Source: an uncultured Rhizobium sp. (GTDB lineage Bacteria > Bacteroidota > Bacteroidia > NS11-12g > UBA955). Taken from it: 64,000 bases of DNA. The notes below the pieces were generated by a model. The model worked only from the letters and a program-made list of their open reading frames with translations. It did not search any database and was not told where the DNA came from. Positions within the stretch are counted from its first letter, which is position 1, and each line of letters begins with the position of its first letter. A program made the translations under genes and the position numbers. The stretch lies in assembly GCA_964592635.1 (NCBI GenBank), contig CAZQFZ010000001.1, positions 10,974-74,973 on the forward strand, in the 5' to 3' direction. Positions 40,101 to 49,808 of the stretch are shown here, piece after piece.

Positions 40101-41213
40101 AATATCACTTATACGGTTAAAGATGCTCAAGGCAACCTTTCTACAAAAGTTCGTGTAGTTCGTGTTCGCGATACTCAAAAACCAGGTATCTACCGTTTAG
40201 GTAAGCGTATTACTAACAACATGACAATCAACGTACAAATCAATACTGCTTTCGTTGATGATATTTACGCTTTGGATCCATGTAATGGTAATATCTTCTT
40301 GAAGAAAGATCCAGGATTCAACGGTGTTGTTAATAATCAACAACGTGCTACTTATCCAATTTTCTACAGTGCAGTTGACCCATCTGGTAACAAAGCTGAC
40401 GAAGACGGATATGTAATTAACTATATTGTAGATGACTTTATTGCTCCAAACATTGAGTTGAATACTTCTGATACAGTGTTGCATGATGTGAATGATCCTT
40501 ACAGTTCACGTTCAGTTACTGTTACTGACAACTACTATGGTCCAACTCAAGTTTCTGTAGTTCGTACAGGTAAAGTAGATCCTTATGTTTTGGGTACTTA
40601 TGTTGAAACATTTGTAGCAACTGATGCAAGTGGTAACAAATCAACCAAGAAGAGATTCATTAAAGTGGTTGACCGTATTGCTCCTGAATTGACAGCACCT
40701 CCAGTTTCTGCTTGTGTAGGTACTCCTTTCTGGGCAATGACTGGATTGATTCTAAAAGATAATTACTATTCTGCTAAAGATCTTGAATCTTTGGTGAAAG
40801 TGGTTTCTCATAACGTGAATGTGTTAGAAGCGGGTGTTTACTTCATTAACTACTCACTTTCTGATCCAAGTGGTAACCAAGCTGCTATCGTATCTCGTAC
40901 AGTTTACGTAGCTTATCCTCCAAATTGTCAAAACACCTACATGGATGTTAAGAACTTCAAATTGGAAGATGCGGTTAACGTACATCCAAACCCAACAACT
41001 GGTTTAGTGAATGTATCTTATGCTGTAAATAACAACGAATCAGTAAACATTGAAGTTGTTAATTCAGTAGGAGCTACTGTTGCTACGCGTGTTGTAAAAG
41101 GTGGAATGGGTACTGAAGAGTTCAACTTAGCAGGTAATGCTAAAGGTGTTTACTTTGTACGTATCACAAACAACGGTCAGTCTGCAGTTAAGAAATTGGT
41201 TGTAAACAACTAA
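37164..41213 (+). CDS. Large secreted adhesin-like protein with PKD, DUF5011-type Ig-like repeats, two GEVED-like domains and a T9SS type-A C-terminal sorting domain
   Basis: The track starts at TTG; ATG at 37164 (MKSTITMFKK…) gives a signal peptide. Repeated 'PVITLVGSDTV…', 'GPVLTLQGKDTVTIEQCGTFTDPGAVANDAVDGDLTS' modules. 'VGEFEDYAILL' (GEVED) and N-terminal 'GNVFDLEVNY'. C-terminus 'HPNPTTGLVNVSY…GVYFVRITNNGQSAVKKLVVNN' is a type-A CTD. Confidence 0.75.
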   Translation: MKSTITMFKKALVFGAMVLGAFSGSRLEAQTPCSGTFAYGCGGLYGYCGDLDAVTIKNKAGAVLASYSSLKCSSNSTYLGVLNQGSAIDLTAGEEITIEITGTEWSGYYTRPGVWMDVSLNSQFEAAECVVDPSANVIGASVNKYDVKVPCFTKAGKSHMRFRGAMTAYSLTKNQGCGSIAGYGNVFDLEVNYKLGPTPVANFIVPTGPNWEGSPVVFPASSPNPGASYKWTFDKAAAVIAGTGTKGSARWTSAGKYDVKMVVDYCGIKDSTTKIVTITAPTVVPVADFIADNNEVELGYEVQLFDLSTNGPTSWAWEIYSPTGIGDDVSTAQNPKFYMNEAGWHKVCLTSTNGVGSSKTVCKDRYVECLPTLDNYMGPQKEATTRFGRLFDHNGPSGDYANNRKTSIDYFQILPCGAQEIRLKFADLSLADDGDILTIYDFDQEDPNKVVAKINKSNQIMYDTAVLKLKSGAAFITFQSNGSGVSRGFIINWDSDLETPTLPDANFDIEYNPIGNGAAANFFNKTANTKGVPNYFWEISDNQGNVTNNFYTENATEKFYTDGTYKVCMVAQTCTGFDTACKNITVYTPTKAEFVDFKADNLRPTIGQAVKFTTTTDYADVFEWSIFPTTFKYVNGTTSKSQNPQIEFTAGGAYTFTLSAYNGTAGRTTTEKKVIKAKYVICLDYCIPLTNMTSKDVAIAKVAVVDKNNKFLVNSETETGVSYSSFTDGRPMNMTFGATYSISVARKTSSNEVNYKAWIDWNIDGDFDDAGEEVMSTGAMKGLIANGSFTVPEIAKSFEGVTRMRVGASYGSFSNSPCGVNQVGEFEDYAILLANDNTAPVITLVGSDTVRVERGSSASSCYQEVASQTYKASDATEGDLTNKVVITSDLDCSVAGVYSMEFNLVDASGNKATPKTRTIIVVLDRTGPVLTLQGKDTVTIEQCGTFTDPGAVANDAVDGDLTSAIKVNGSVDPSATGDYNITYTVKDAQGNLSTKVRVVRVRDTQKPGIYRLGKRITNNMTINVQINTAFVDDIYALDPCNGNIFLKKDPGFNGVVNNQQRATYPIFYSAVDPSGNKADEDGYVINYIVDDFIAPNIELNTSDTVLHDVNDPYSSRSVTVTDNYYGPTQVSVVRTGKVDPYVLGTYVETFVATDASGNKSTKKRFIKVVDRIAPELTAPPVSACVGTPFWAMTGLILKDNYYSAKDLESLVKVVSHNVNVLEAGVYFINYSLSDPSGNQAAIVSRTVYVAYPPNCQNTYMDVKNFKLEDAVNVHPNPTTGLVNVSYAVNNNESVNIEVVNSVGATVATRVVKGGMGTEEFNLAGNAKGVYFVRITNNGQSAVKKLVVNN

Positions 41214-41237
41214 TTCTCAGATAACCTTTATTAAGGA

Positions 41238-41272
41238 AAGGCCTTGGATTAATTTCCAAGGCCTTTTTTTTT
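41238..41272 (+). terminator. Rho-independent terminator after the type-A cargo gene
   Basis: AAGGCCTTGG…(8-nt loop)…CCAAGGCCTT followed by T9. Confidence 0.8.
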
Positions 41273-41376
41273 CACTAATTTGTTACTTATAAATAAATTT
41301 CAGAACTCCGTATGTTTGCCTCGTTGTTTTGTCGACTTTTAATATGATTTAAATTAAAATTTGTAATTTTGAAATA

Positions 41377-42357
41377 ATGTCTATTTTTAAAGGTCTTTCT
41401 AAAGAGTTTCAAGTAGGTACACTTACTACCATTGCAATTACGATTCTTATTTTGGGTTATAATTTTATGAGGGGAAAAGATAATCCATTTACTAGAGGAA
41501 AGGAGTTTATTGTGTATTATGATAGTACTCAAGGTTTGGGTGTAGGAACTTCAGTAATTTATAATGGATTGCGGATTGGTCAGCTTTCCTCAATTGATAT
41601 TACAAGCGATGGCAAACGAATGGAGGCACGTTTTGAAGTAGCTTCTAGCTTGGACATCCCCAAAGATTCAAAGTTTCAGATTCAATCTGAATTACTCGGT
41701 GGTCAAAAAGTACGTTTGCTTTTAGGAGTTTCCAATGTTTATGCCGAAGATGGAGACACATTAATGGGAACTTATGCCAGTGATCAATTTTCTGCAATAA
41801 ATGATCAAGTGTTGCCCATTGCTTCGAAAGTGGATTCATTATTAACACAAATGAATCGTGTTCTTCATCATCCTGGATTGGATCAGGCACTAACAGAATT
41901 ACCAGGTGCAATGAATGAAATGAAGTTATTATTGAGGGATTCTCGTGGTATGGTTGCAAGTAATTCTAGCTATATTAACTCTTCATTGTCAAATTTGTCG
42001 CTGTTTACTGAAAATTTGAAAGAATATAATAAAGCAATTCGCTTGACTCTAAATCGTATTGAAAAAACGACCGAGGGGTTGGATACGTTTAGAATATCTC
42101 GTGTCTTAGAGCATTCTGATAGTCTTATTCGAGGTATTAATGCAATAACGAATCAGGTTAACTCGGGTAAAGGGAATGTAGGTAAATTGATTTATGACGA
42201 TGATTTATATGAGAATTTGAACAATACCACCTTAGAATTGAAATCCGTTTTAATGGATTTGAAGCGATATCCTGAAAAATACATACCCGTTCCTCTTACA
42301 AAGCAACAACGTAAGAAAGCGAAAGAATCATCATTAAAGGATACGGCTGTTTGGTAA
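41377..42357 (+). CDS. MCE/MlaD-family protein (single N-terminal TM + MCE domain + long coiled C-terminus)
   Basis: '…GTLTTIAITILILGYNFMRG…' TM helix then an MCE fold (…VYYDSTQGLGVGTSVIYNGLRIGQLSSIDI…). Confidence 0.7.
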   Translation: MSIFKGLSKEFQVGTLTTIAITILILGYNFMRGKDNPFTRGKEFIVYYDSTQGLGVGTSVIYNGLRIGQLSSIDITSDGKRMEARFEVASSLDIPKDSKFQIQSELLGGQKVRLLLGVSNVYAEDGDTLMGTYASDQFSAINDQVLPIASKVDSLLTQMNRVLHHPGLDQALTELPGAMNEMKLLLRDSRGMVASNSSYINSSLSNLSLFTENLKEYNKAIRLTLNRIEKTTEGLDTFRISRVLEHSDSLIRGINAITNQVNSGKGNVGKLIYDDDLYENLNNTTLELKSVLMDLKRYPEKYIPVPLTKQQRKKAKESSLKDTAVW

Positions 42358-42482
42358 TACGCGCCCGAATGATTTTTTATGTTGGGTCATGCTATTGCAG
42401 AAAACTGTAATGCATACGGCTATTTGGTAATACGCACCCGAATGATTTTTTATGTTGGGTAATGCTATTGCAGAAAACTGAC
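42341..42482. repeat. 73-bp tandem duplication x2 spanning the last 17 nt of mlaD and the downstream spacer
   Basis: Copy 1 at 42341-42413 includes '…gatacggctgtttggTAA'; copy 2 at 42414-42482 has 4-5 substitutions. Confidence 0.8.
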
Positions 42483-42620
42483 TTACAATACTATTTGAAT
42501 AGGATTTTTGTTGCCTTGGAATATTTTTCCATTCTTTAAAACGTTATTATCGCTTTTTGCTAAATATTTTTTGCACCTAAATTAAGTAAAGAATAAACCT
42601 GCGAAAGAATTACAATTGGA

Positions 42621-43340
42621 TTATTTACTTGAATCGTAGGAATTTAACGAATTTTTTAATTGGATGGCTTCAAATATCATGATGCTCCAAAGCATATAAA
42701 GGAAATTGTAGAAGAAATCTTCAAAAGGAATTGTTCCTATTCTCAGAGACATATTCTCCAAATTGTTGTAGATAAGCACTGGTTTTGACGTTAATACGCC
42801 GTTTATGTATGCCATGGGAAGAATGGCAATTAACCAGGCTATAACTAAATGACTCCATATTCTTTTGAGTAATTGTTGGGAGTAAATAAACATTAAAATT
42901 AATGTAACTGATATAAGTCCAAATGTTACAGTAGTGTACGTTTTATCCCAAAAAAAGATGCAAATAAATAAGGATAGTCCAGCAAAAAATGCCCAAGTAG
43001 AGTTGAAAGGTATTGATAATTTTGGGAAGTACATTTTTAAACACATGTAGATAAAAACACAGGCATATGGTACAACAGAAAAAAATCCATATTCTTCTAC
43101 GGGTAGTGAACCCAGTTTGTATCCTAATAGATAGGAGGAATTGAATTTCCAAACTCCTATTTGAGTGAACCACTCATCCCAAACGATATATAGGAATGAC
43201 GTGATAAGTGTAGCTATTGCAAGGGGTTTGAAGTATTTGTAAAAAGCCACTTTCTTATCGAATGATAAAAAAAGTGGCCCTAAAATCGTTACTATATCAA
43301 GAAAAAGGTAGGTGTATTGATCGGAAACAGGTACGTACAT
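42621..43340 (-). CDS. Lycopene-cyclase-domain (CrtYcd-like, two-copy) integral membrane protein
   Basis: 239 aa, 6-7 TM helices. N-terminal 'YTYLFLDIVTILGPLFLSFDKK'. Two P-x-E-E/D-x-x-F-F motifs ('LPVEEYGFF', 'IPFEDFFY'), one per half, as in heterodimer-type lycopene cyclase domains. Starts 10 nt after the ECF sigma stop. Confidence 0.5.
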   Translation of the reverse strand: MYVPVSDQYTYLFLDIVTILGPLFLSFDKKVAFYKYFKPLAIATLITSFLYIVWDEWFTQIGVWKFNSSYLLGYKLGSLPVEEYGFFSVVPYACVFIYMCLKMYFPKLSIPFNSTWAFFAGLSLFICIFFWDKTYTTVTFGLISVTLILMFIYSQQLLKRIWSHLVIAWLIAILPMAYINGVLTSKPVLIYNNLENMSLRIGTIPFEDFFYNFLYMLWSIMIFEAIQLKNSLNSYDSSK

Positions 43341-43350
43341 CTACGTAAAT

Positions 43351-43890
43351 TTAAGCTGGTTGCAACTGATAGCCAAATTCCAAGGCGTAATCTTTTAATT
43401 TTTCTCTTAAAACACGTCGCGCAATGAAAATTCTGGTTTTTACTGTACCAATAGGAATATTCAATTCCTCTGCAATTTCGTGGTATTTGAAACCTTCTGC
43501 ATTCAGTTTGAACGTTAATTTCAAATCATATGGCAACGATTCAACAGCTGAATCTAAATCCTTTCTGATGAATTTTAATTCGGCGTCGTTATCGATTTTA
43601 TGAGAAGGGATATCCAAAAAGTACGTATTCTCAGTACTGTCTAAAAAAGTATTGCGTTTTTGATTCCTTCGATAATTATTGATAAAGGAGTTTTTCAAAA
43701 TAGTGTATAGCCAACCTCTGAGATTGGTCCCGGCTTTAAAATTTTCCCGGTATCGATATGCTTTCAAGATGGTGTCTTGCACTAAATCTTTGGTATCATC
43801 CATATCGTGAGTTAGGGAAAGAGCGTAATTTCTGAGTGGAGCTAATTCTTGCTCCATCATTTTGTCGAAATTTAATTGTGTAACCTTCAT
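43351..43890 (-). CDS. RNA polymerase sigma-70 factor, ECF subfamily
   Basis: 179 aa. Region 2 '…DLVQDTILKAYRYRENFKAGTNLRGWLYTILKNSFINNYRR…', region 4 HTH '…YHEIAEELNIPIGTVKTRIFIARRVLREKL'. Confidence 0.85.
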   Translation of the reverse strand: MKVTQLNFDKMMEQELAPLRNYALSLTHDMDDTKDLVQDTILKAYRYRENFKAGTNLRGWLYTILKNSFINNYRRNQKRNTFLDSTENTYFLDIPSHKIDNDAELKFIRKDLDSAVESLPYDLKLTFKLNAEGFKYHEIAEELNIPIGTVKTRIFIARRVLREKLKDYALEFGYQLQPA

Positions 43891-44323
43891 AGCGAATCGT
43901 TAAACAAATATCTACACTTTGCGCTATGTTATCAATGGGTATTGTTTAACATATGGTTTTAAATAGTTAAACAGTAAATATTTGTATTACAGAATAAATG
44001 GATTAAATAATAGAAAATTAATGAGATAGAAATTTTTAGCTTAGTTATTTGTTTAAAGTGTAATCGACAAAGTTTAACAAAACGCGGATAAAAGTAATTT
44101 TGTATGTGTTGTTTTTGTTAAGGGATAAAGTTAAAACTGATAACAAAGTGAATTTGCATCAATGGTGTACAATTTATTTTATGTTTCGTTACATTTACGA
44201 ATGTCAGTTGTATGTAAGTTGAGCGTTTTTCGATAAAATTATTCAATAAATAATGAATAATCGGTATTTGAAACCAAGTTGTTGAAGTTTACAGATAGAA
44301 TGGGGACAGTAATATTAAAGCCG

Positions 44324-44352
44324 AAAGGCCACCGTTAAGGTGGCCTTTCGCA
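44324..44352 (-). terminator. Hairpin terminator downstream of atpC (modest U-tract)
   Basis: GAAAGGCCACC-gttaa-GGTGGCCTTTC, about 27 nt past the atpC stop. Confidence 0.45.
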
Positions 44353-44378
44353 TATTTAGATGGCTTGCTTATTTTAAT

Positions 44379-44609
44379 TTACACCAATACGGTTACTTTA
44401 TTCGATAGAACTTCAACCAAACCGCCTGTAATTGTAAAGGATTTGTTTGACGCATTTGATTTGACTTCAATCGTTCCCGCATTTAAACTCGATATAAGAG
44501 CGGCGTGATTGTGTTTAACCTGAAAACTACCATTGCTACCAGGTAAAGTAACTAATTCAGCATCCCCAGTAAAAAGCGTAGTGTCGGGTGTTAAAATTTC
44601 AACAAACAT
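44379..44609 (-). CDS. atpC: F0F1 ATP synthase subunit epsilon (short form)
   Basis: 76 aa. N-terminal beta-sandwich pattern 'EILTPDTTLFTGDAELVTLPGSNGSFQVKHNHAALISSL'. Immediately downstream of atpD. Confidence 0.8.
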   Translation of the reverse strand: MFVEILTPDTTLFTGDAELVTLPGSNGSFQVKHNHAALISSLNAGTIEVKSNASNKSFTITGGLVEVLSNKVTVLV

Positions 44610-44626
44610 ATGAATATATATTATAA

Positions 44627-46180
<1,554 letters not shown>

Positions 46181-46390
46181 CTATTTTTTAGAATTTAAAA
46201 ACAACAAGTTTTGGAAATAGCAAATGGCAAGAGAAATTATCTCAATTAAATTATCAACCAATGAGGTGGATTGTATTGCGCATTGCACAGTGTTTTTATT
46301 TTTATTCGAGTTCGGGGTTTTATGTATGCCAATTCTGACGCAATTATAATTTGCTTCATCGCGGGGTATTATAAACCGTATTATATTATT

Positions 46391-46590
46391 GGATTTTGCA
46401 TTAAATAGTTTCAATGGAATTATTGAAGATCTTAGTAAATAGATTCGATGGAATTATTGGATTTCGCATTGAATAGATTCGATGGAATTATTGGATTTCG
46501 CATTGAATAGATTCGATGGAATTATTGGATTTCGCATTGAATAGTTTCAATGGAATTATTGGATTTCGCATTGAATAGTTTCAATGGAAT
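46391..46590. repeat. 34-bp tandem repeat x ~6 (GGATTTCGCATTGAATAGATTCGATGGAATTATT and variants)
   Basis: Six head-to-tail copies in the atpD / yidC divergent intergenic region. Outer copies are more diverged; the second is the most diverged. Confidence 0.85.
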
Positions 46591-46674
46591 AGCAGTGCCA
46601 GGTATTTGAGGTTGATGGTTTTTCTGTTGGATTTCATTCAAATTTGAATGCAATTTGATTTGTTCTTTTGACTA

Positions 46675-46704
46675 TTTGAAAAGGTTGAAATTATTGTACC
46701 TTTG
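46675..46704 (+). promoter_or_regulatory. Candidate Bacteroidota sigma-A promoter for yidC (-33 TTTG … -7 TACCTTTG)
   Basis: TTTG at 46675-78 and TAnnTTTG at 46697-704, with an 18-nt spacer. Supports the ATG at 46715 as the yidC start. Confidence 0.4.
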
Positions 46705-46714
46705 CAAGCAAATC

Positions 46715-48580
46715 ATGGATCGTAATACAATAATTGGATTTTCATTAATCTTTTTAATTCTTGCCGGATATTATTGGTACACGGCACCCACACCTGAGCA
46801 AGCGGCTCAATTGCAACGCACACAGGATTCCTTGGCAAAAATTGAACAAATCAAAGCCGAAAAGGCAATCAAAAACCAAGCAAATGCAAAAAGTGCAACG
46901 GATTCTTTGAACAATTCGTTGGATTCGAACTCCGAAGTAAGAAGTTCGAATCTAACTGCATTTCAACAACCTGAGTTAAATGCAGATCTTTCAGCAAATC
47001 AAATAATGAAGCCCCTGTTGATTGAAAATGAACAACTTCGAATTTCAATCCTTCCCAAAGGAGGAAGCATATCTCAGGTTCAATTAAAAGAGTTTCGTCG
47101 TTCTGATTCTTCCGATCTAATACTTTTAGACGGAAATAAGAATGCAATGAACTGGCAATGGAACGATGAAAAAGGAAATCCATTGAGCAGTGATCAGTTT
47201 TTCTGGGATGTTAAAGAAAAGACCAACACTTCGATAACGCTTCGCTTGAAGGTCAATGACTCCTCGTATATTCAGCAATCTTATGCATTGCATCCCAAAA
47301 AACCATACCAAGTAGATTATAAGATGGAAATTGTAGGGATGGACAAGTACATCCGCCGAGGGAATTCGGATTTCAAGTTTAACTGGAATACTACATTACA
47401 AAAACAAGAGCGCGATATGAAATGGGAAACCCAAAACGCCGCTATTGTGTATAAACTTCCTGATGAAACCCCAACTACATTAACTTCTACCGAAGAAGCA
47501 ACTGAAACATTGAAGAATAAAGTGCAATGGGTGGCTTTCAAGCAACAATATTTTTCGAGTATCATTTCAAGTCCCAGCGATATTCTAACCGATGCTAAAT
47601 TGAGTATGGGTTTGAACAAGCCCTCTGATTCGATTGATGTTAAACCAGTTGGTTTGCAATTGTTTTCAGCTTATAACGGTGAACAACAAAGAAAACTTGA
47701 CTTTGAATTTTACTTTGGACCCAACCAATATAACACCCTCGAGAATGTGGATTTTGGTATCAAAGAAGCAGCAGTTGAGCGAATTATCCCTATGGGTTGG
47801 GGGATTTTTGGATGGGTGAATCGTGGCTTGGTTTTGCCAATCTTTACATTTTTACAAGGATTGATTGGAAATACAGGAATCATGATTATGCTACTTACCA
47901 TCATCATTAAAACCATGTTGTTGCCTTTGGTTTATAAATCATACATTTCAACCGCTAAAATGAGAATTTTAAAGCCCGAAATGGATGCAATTAAAGAAAA
48001 GCATAACAATGATTTACAAAAGGTTCAAGCTGATAATATGGCTTTGTACAAAAAAGCAGGAGTGAGTCCCTTGAGTGGTTGTGTACCTATGTTGTTGCAG
48101 CTGCCAATTCTTTTTGCCATGTTCCAGTTTTTCCCTCACGCTTTTGAATTGAGACAGAAAACATTCTTGTGGTCGAATGATTTATCACAATGGGACGGTC
48201 CGTATTTAGGTTTTAACATTCCATTTTACGGAGATCACGTGAGTTTCTTTACATTATTGATGACTGCTTCTACGTTGATTTATACCCATTTGAATAACCA
48301 AATTTCGGGTGTAACGGGACAAATGAAGTGGATGGGTTATTTCATGCCTATCATTTTCTTGGGTGTTTTGAATGATTATGCATCAGGTTTAACTTGGTAT
48401 TATTTTGTAAGTAACATGATTACATTCGGTCAGCAATGGGCTATTCGTAAAATGGTGGATGATGACAAATTACACAAACAAATTGCGGAAGCACGCAAGA
48501 AACCGGTAAAGAAATCAGCATTTCAACAAAAGATGGAAGAAGCCATGAAAGTGAGTCAAGCGAGAGCTAAAAAGAAGTAA
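46715..48580 (+). CDS. yidC: Membrane protein insertase YidC
   Basis: Track ORF begins at TTG; ATG at codon 21 (MDRNTIIGFSLIF…) is preferred. Large periplasmic domain then the conserved C-terminal 5-TM core (…MLLPLVYKSYISTAKMR…, …PMLLQLPILFAMFQFF…). Confidence 0.85.
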   Translation: MDRNTIIGFSLIFLILAGYYWYTAPTPEQAAQLQRTQDSLAKIEQIKAEKAIKNQANAKSATDSLNNSLDSNSEVRSSNLTAFQQPELNADLSANQIMKPLLIENEQLRISILPKGGSISQVQLKEFRRSDSSDLILLDGNKNAMNWQWNDEKGNPLSSDQFFWDVKEKTNTSITLRLKVNDSSYIQQSYALHPKKPYQVDYKMEIVGMDKYIRRGNSDFKFNWNTTLQKQERDMKWETQNAAIVYKLPDETPTTLTSTEEATETLKNKVQWVAFKQQYFSSIISSPSDILTDAKLSMGLNKPSDSIDVKPVGLQLFSAYNGEQQRKLDFEFYFGPNQYNTLENVDFGIKEAAVERIIPMGWGIFGWVNRGLVLPIFTFLQGLIGNTGIMIMLLTIIIKTMLLPLVYKSYISTAKMRILKPEMDAIKEKHNNDLQKVQADNMALYKKAGVSPLSGCVPMLLQLPILFAMFQFFPHAFELRQKTFLWSNDLSQWDGPYLGFNIPFYGDHVSFFTLLMTASTLIYTHLNNQISGVTGQMKWMGYFMPIIFLGVLNDYASGLTWYYFVSNMITFGQQWAIRKMVDDDKLHKQIAEARKKPVKKSAFQQKMEEAMKVSQARAKKK

Positions 48581-48601
48581 CAATACGTTATATTCCAAAT
48601 A

Positions 48602-49795
48602 TTATGCCCGGGAAAAGTATTTTCCGGGCATTGTTTTTATAAGTCCTTTCAGTTCAAGTTCTAATAATGAAAGGGTGAGCTGATGCAAAGGAATTTGACT
48701 TAGTATGAGTAGTTCATCGATGTGTTTAGCTTGATTTGCTAATAAATTCAAAATTTCTGCTTCTATGGGATTGATGTTTTCAAAAAGTGATTTTTGATTC
48801 GTTTTTAAATTTTGGGCATTGGTAAAATTTGAATTTTCACTAAAATTTGGACAATCCGGATCCGCCGAATCCGAGGTAATTTCCATGTCATTGGAATTAA
48901 AAGATTGCCATTTCATCCAATGTATAATATCATCGGCAGACTCAATCAAGTGGGCAACATTTCGTTTAATTAGAGCATTAGTACCTGTATTATAGCCAAA
49001 AAATGGACTACCAGGTACGGCAAAAACTTCACGATCATAGCTTCGGGCGATTTGAGCGGTTGACATGCTTCCGCCGGTATTTTTACTTTCGATAACGAGA
49101 ACTGCATCACTTAAGCCAGCGATGATACGATTTCTTCGGGGGAATAGGTCAGGGTGTAATTTAGTTTTATGCTGCATCTCTGTTAATAGGCCAGATTGTT
49201 GCAATATCATTTCATGGGCTGTATTTCGATGATTGGAAGGGTAAATAGTGTCTAGTCCATGCGCTAATACTCCCAAAGTGGAAAGTTGATTTTTCAAAGC
49301 ACTTCTGTGTGCTGAAATGTCGATTCCATAAGCCAATCCACTAATTATTTGTACGTTTAAAGATGCAAGTTCTTGAGTAATTTGGTGGGTGAGCTCTAAA
49401 CTTTCGGGTTTGGGTTTTCTGGTGCCAATAATGGCCAAAGTGCGAGGTGGGTTCAAATCCGCAGAACCTTTAAAATAGAGGATTAATGGAGCATCGATCA
49501 GCTGCTTTAATCGCAGCGGGTATTCGTTTTGATAAAAACTGAGTATTTTAATTTGGTAACGCTCACAAAAGTTCCATTCAGAATGGGCATTTTCAATTAA
49601 CTTTTTTTTGTTATCATTTAAGTAATTGAAATGCTTTTCGTTCCCAACGCGGCTTTCGAGAAATGCTGATTTATTGGCATGAATGGTTTGGTAAGCAGAT
49701 CCGAAATGCCGAATTAGCGTTTTGGCAGAAACGGGTCCAATTCCTGGGATTCTGTTGAGTACAATGAGCGATATTAGTTCTTCCTTGGGTGACAT
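48602..49795 (-). CDS. dprA: DNA-processing protein DprA (Smf)
   Basis: 397 aa. N-terminal HhH-like 'LNRIPGIGPVSAKTLIRHFGS', central Rossmann-like DprA domain (…GLAYGIDISAHRSAL…). Confidence 0.8.
   Translation of the reverse strand: MSPKEELISLIVLNRIPGIGPVSAKTLIRHFGSAYQTIHANKSAFLESRVGNEKHFNYLNDNKKKLIENAHSEWNFCERYQIKILSFYQNEYPLRLKQLIDAPLILYFKGSADLNPPRTLAIIGTRKPKPESLELTHQITQELASLNVQIISGLAYGIDISAHRSALKNQLSTLGVLAHGLDTIYPSNHRNTAHEMILQQSGLLTEMQHKTKLHPDLFPRRNRIIAGLSDAVLVIESKNTGGSMSTAQIARSYDREVFAVPGSPFFGYNTGTNALIKRNVAHLIESADDIIHWMKWQSFNSNDMEITSDSADPDCPNFSENSNFTNAQNLKTNQKSLFENINPIEAEILNLLANQAKHIDELLILSQIPLHQLTLSLLELELKGLIKTMPGKYFSRA
48604..48640 (+). terminator. Hairpin terminator for yidC, embedded in the 3' coding end of convergent dprA
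   Basis: GCCCGGgAAAAgtaTTTTCCGGGC followed by attgttttt. The same nucleotides encode the last residues of DprA (…MPGKYFSRA) on the other strand. Confidence 0.5.
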
Positions 49796-49808
49796 TCACC
49801 CAAAGTTA

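Noticed and set aside
46181-46414. 77-aa ORF (minus strand) in the atpD-yidC intergenic region
   Set aside because: It overlaps the atpD promoter and the first repeat unit, is Asn/Ile-rich in keeping with translation of AT-rich DNA, and has no conserved motifs.
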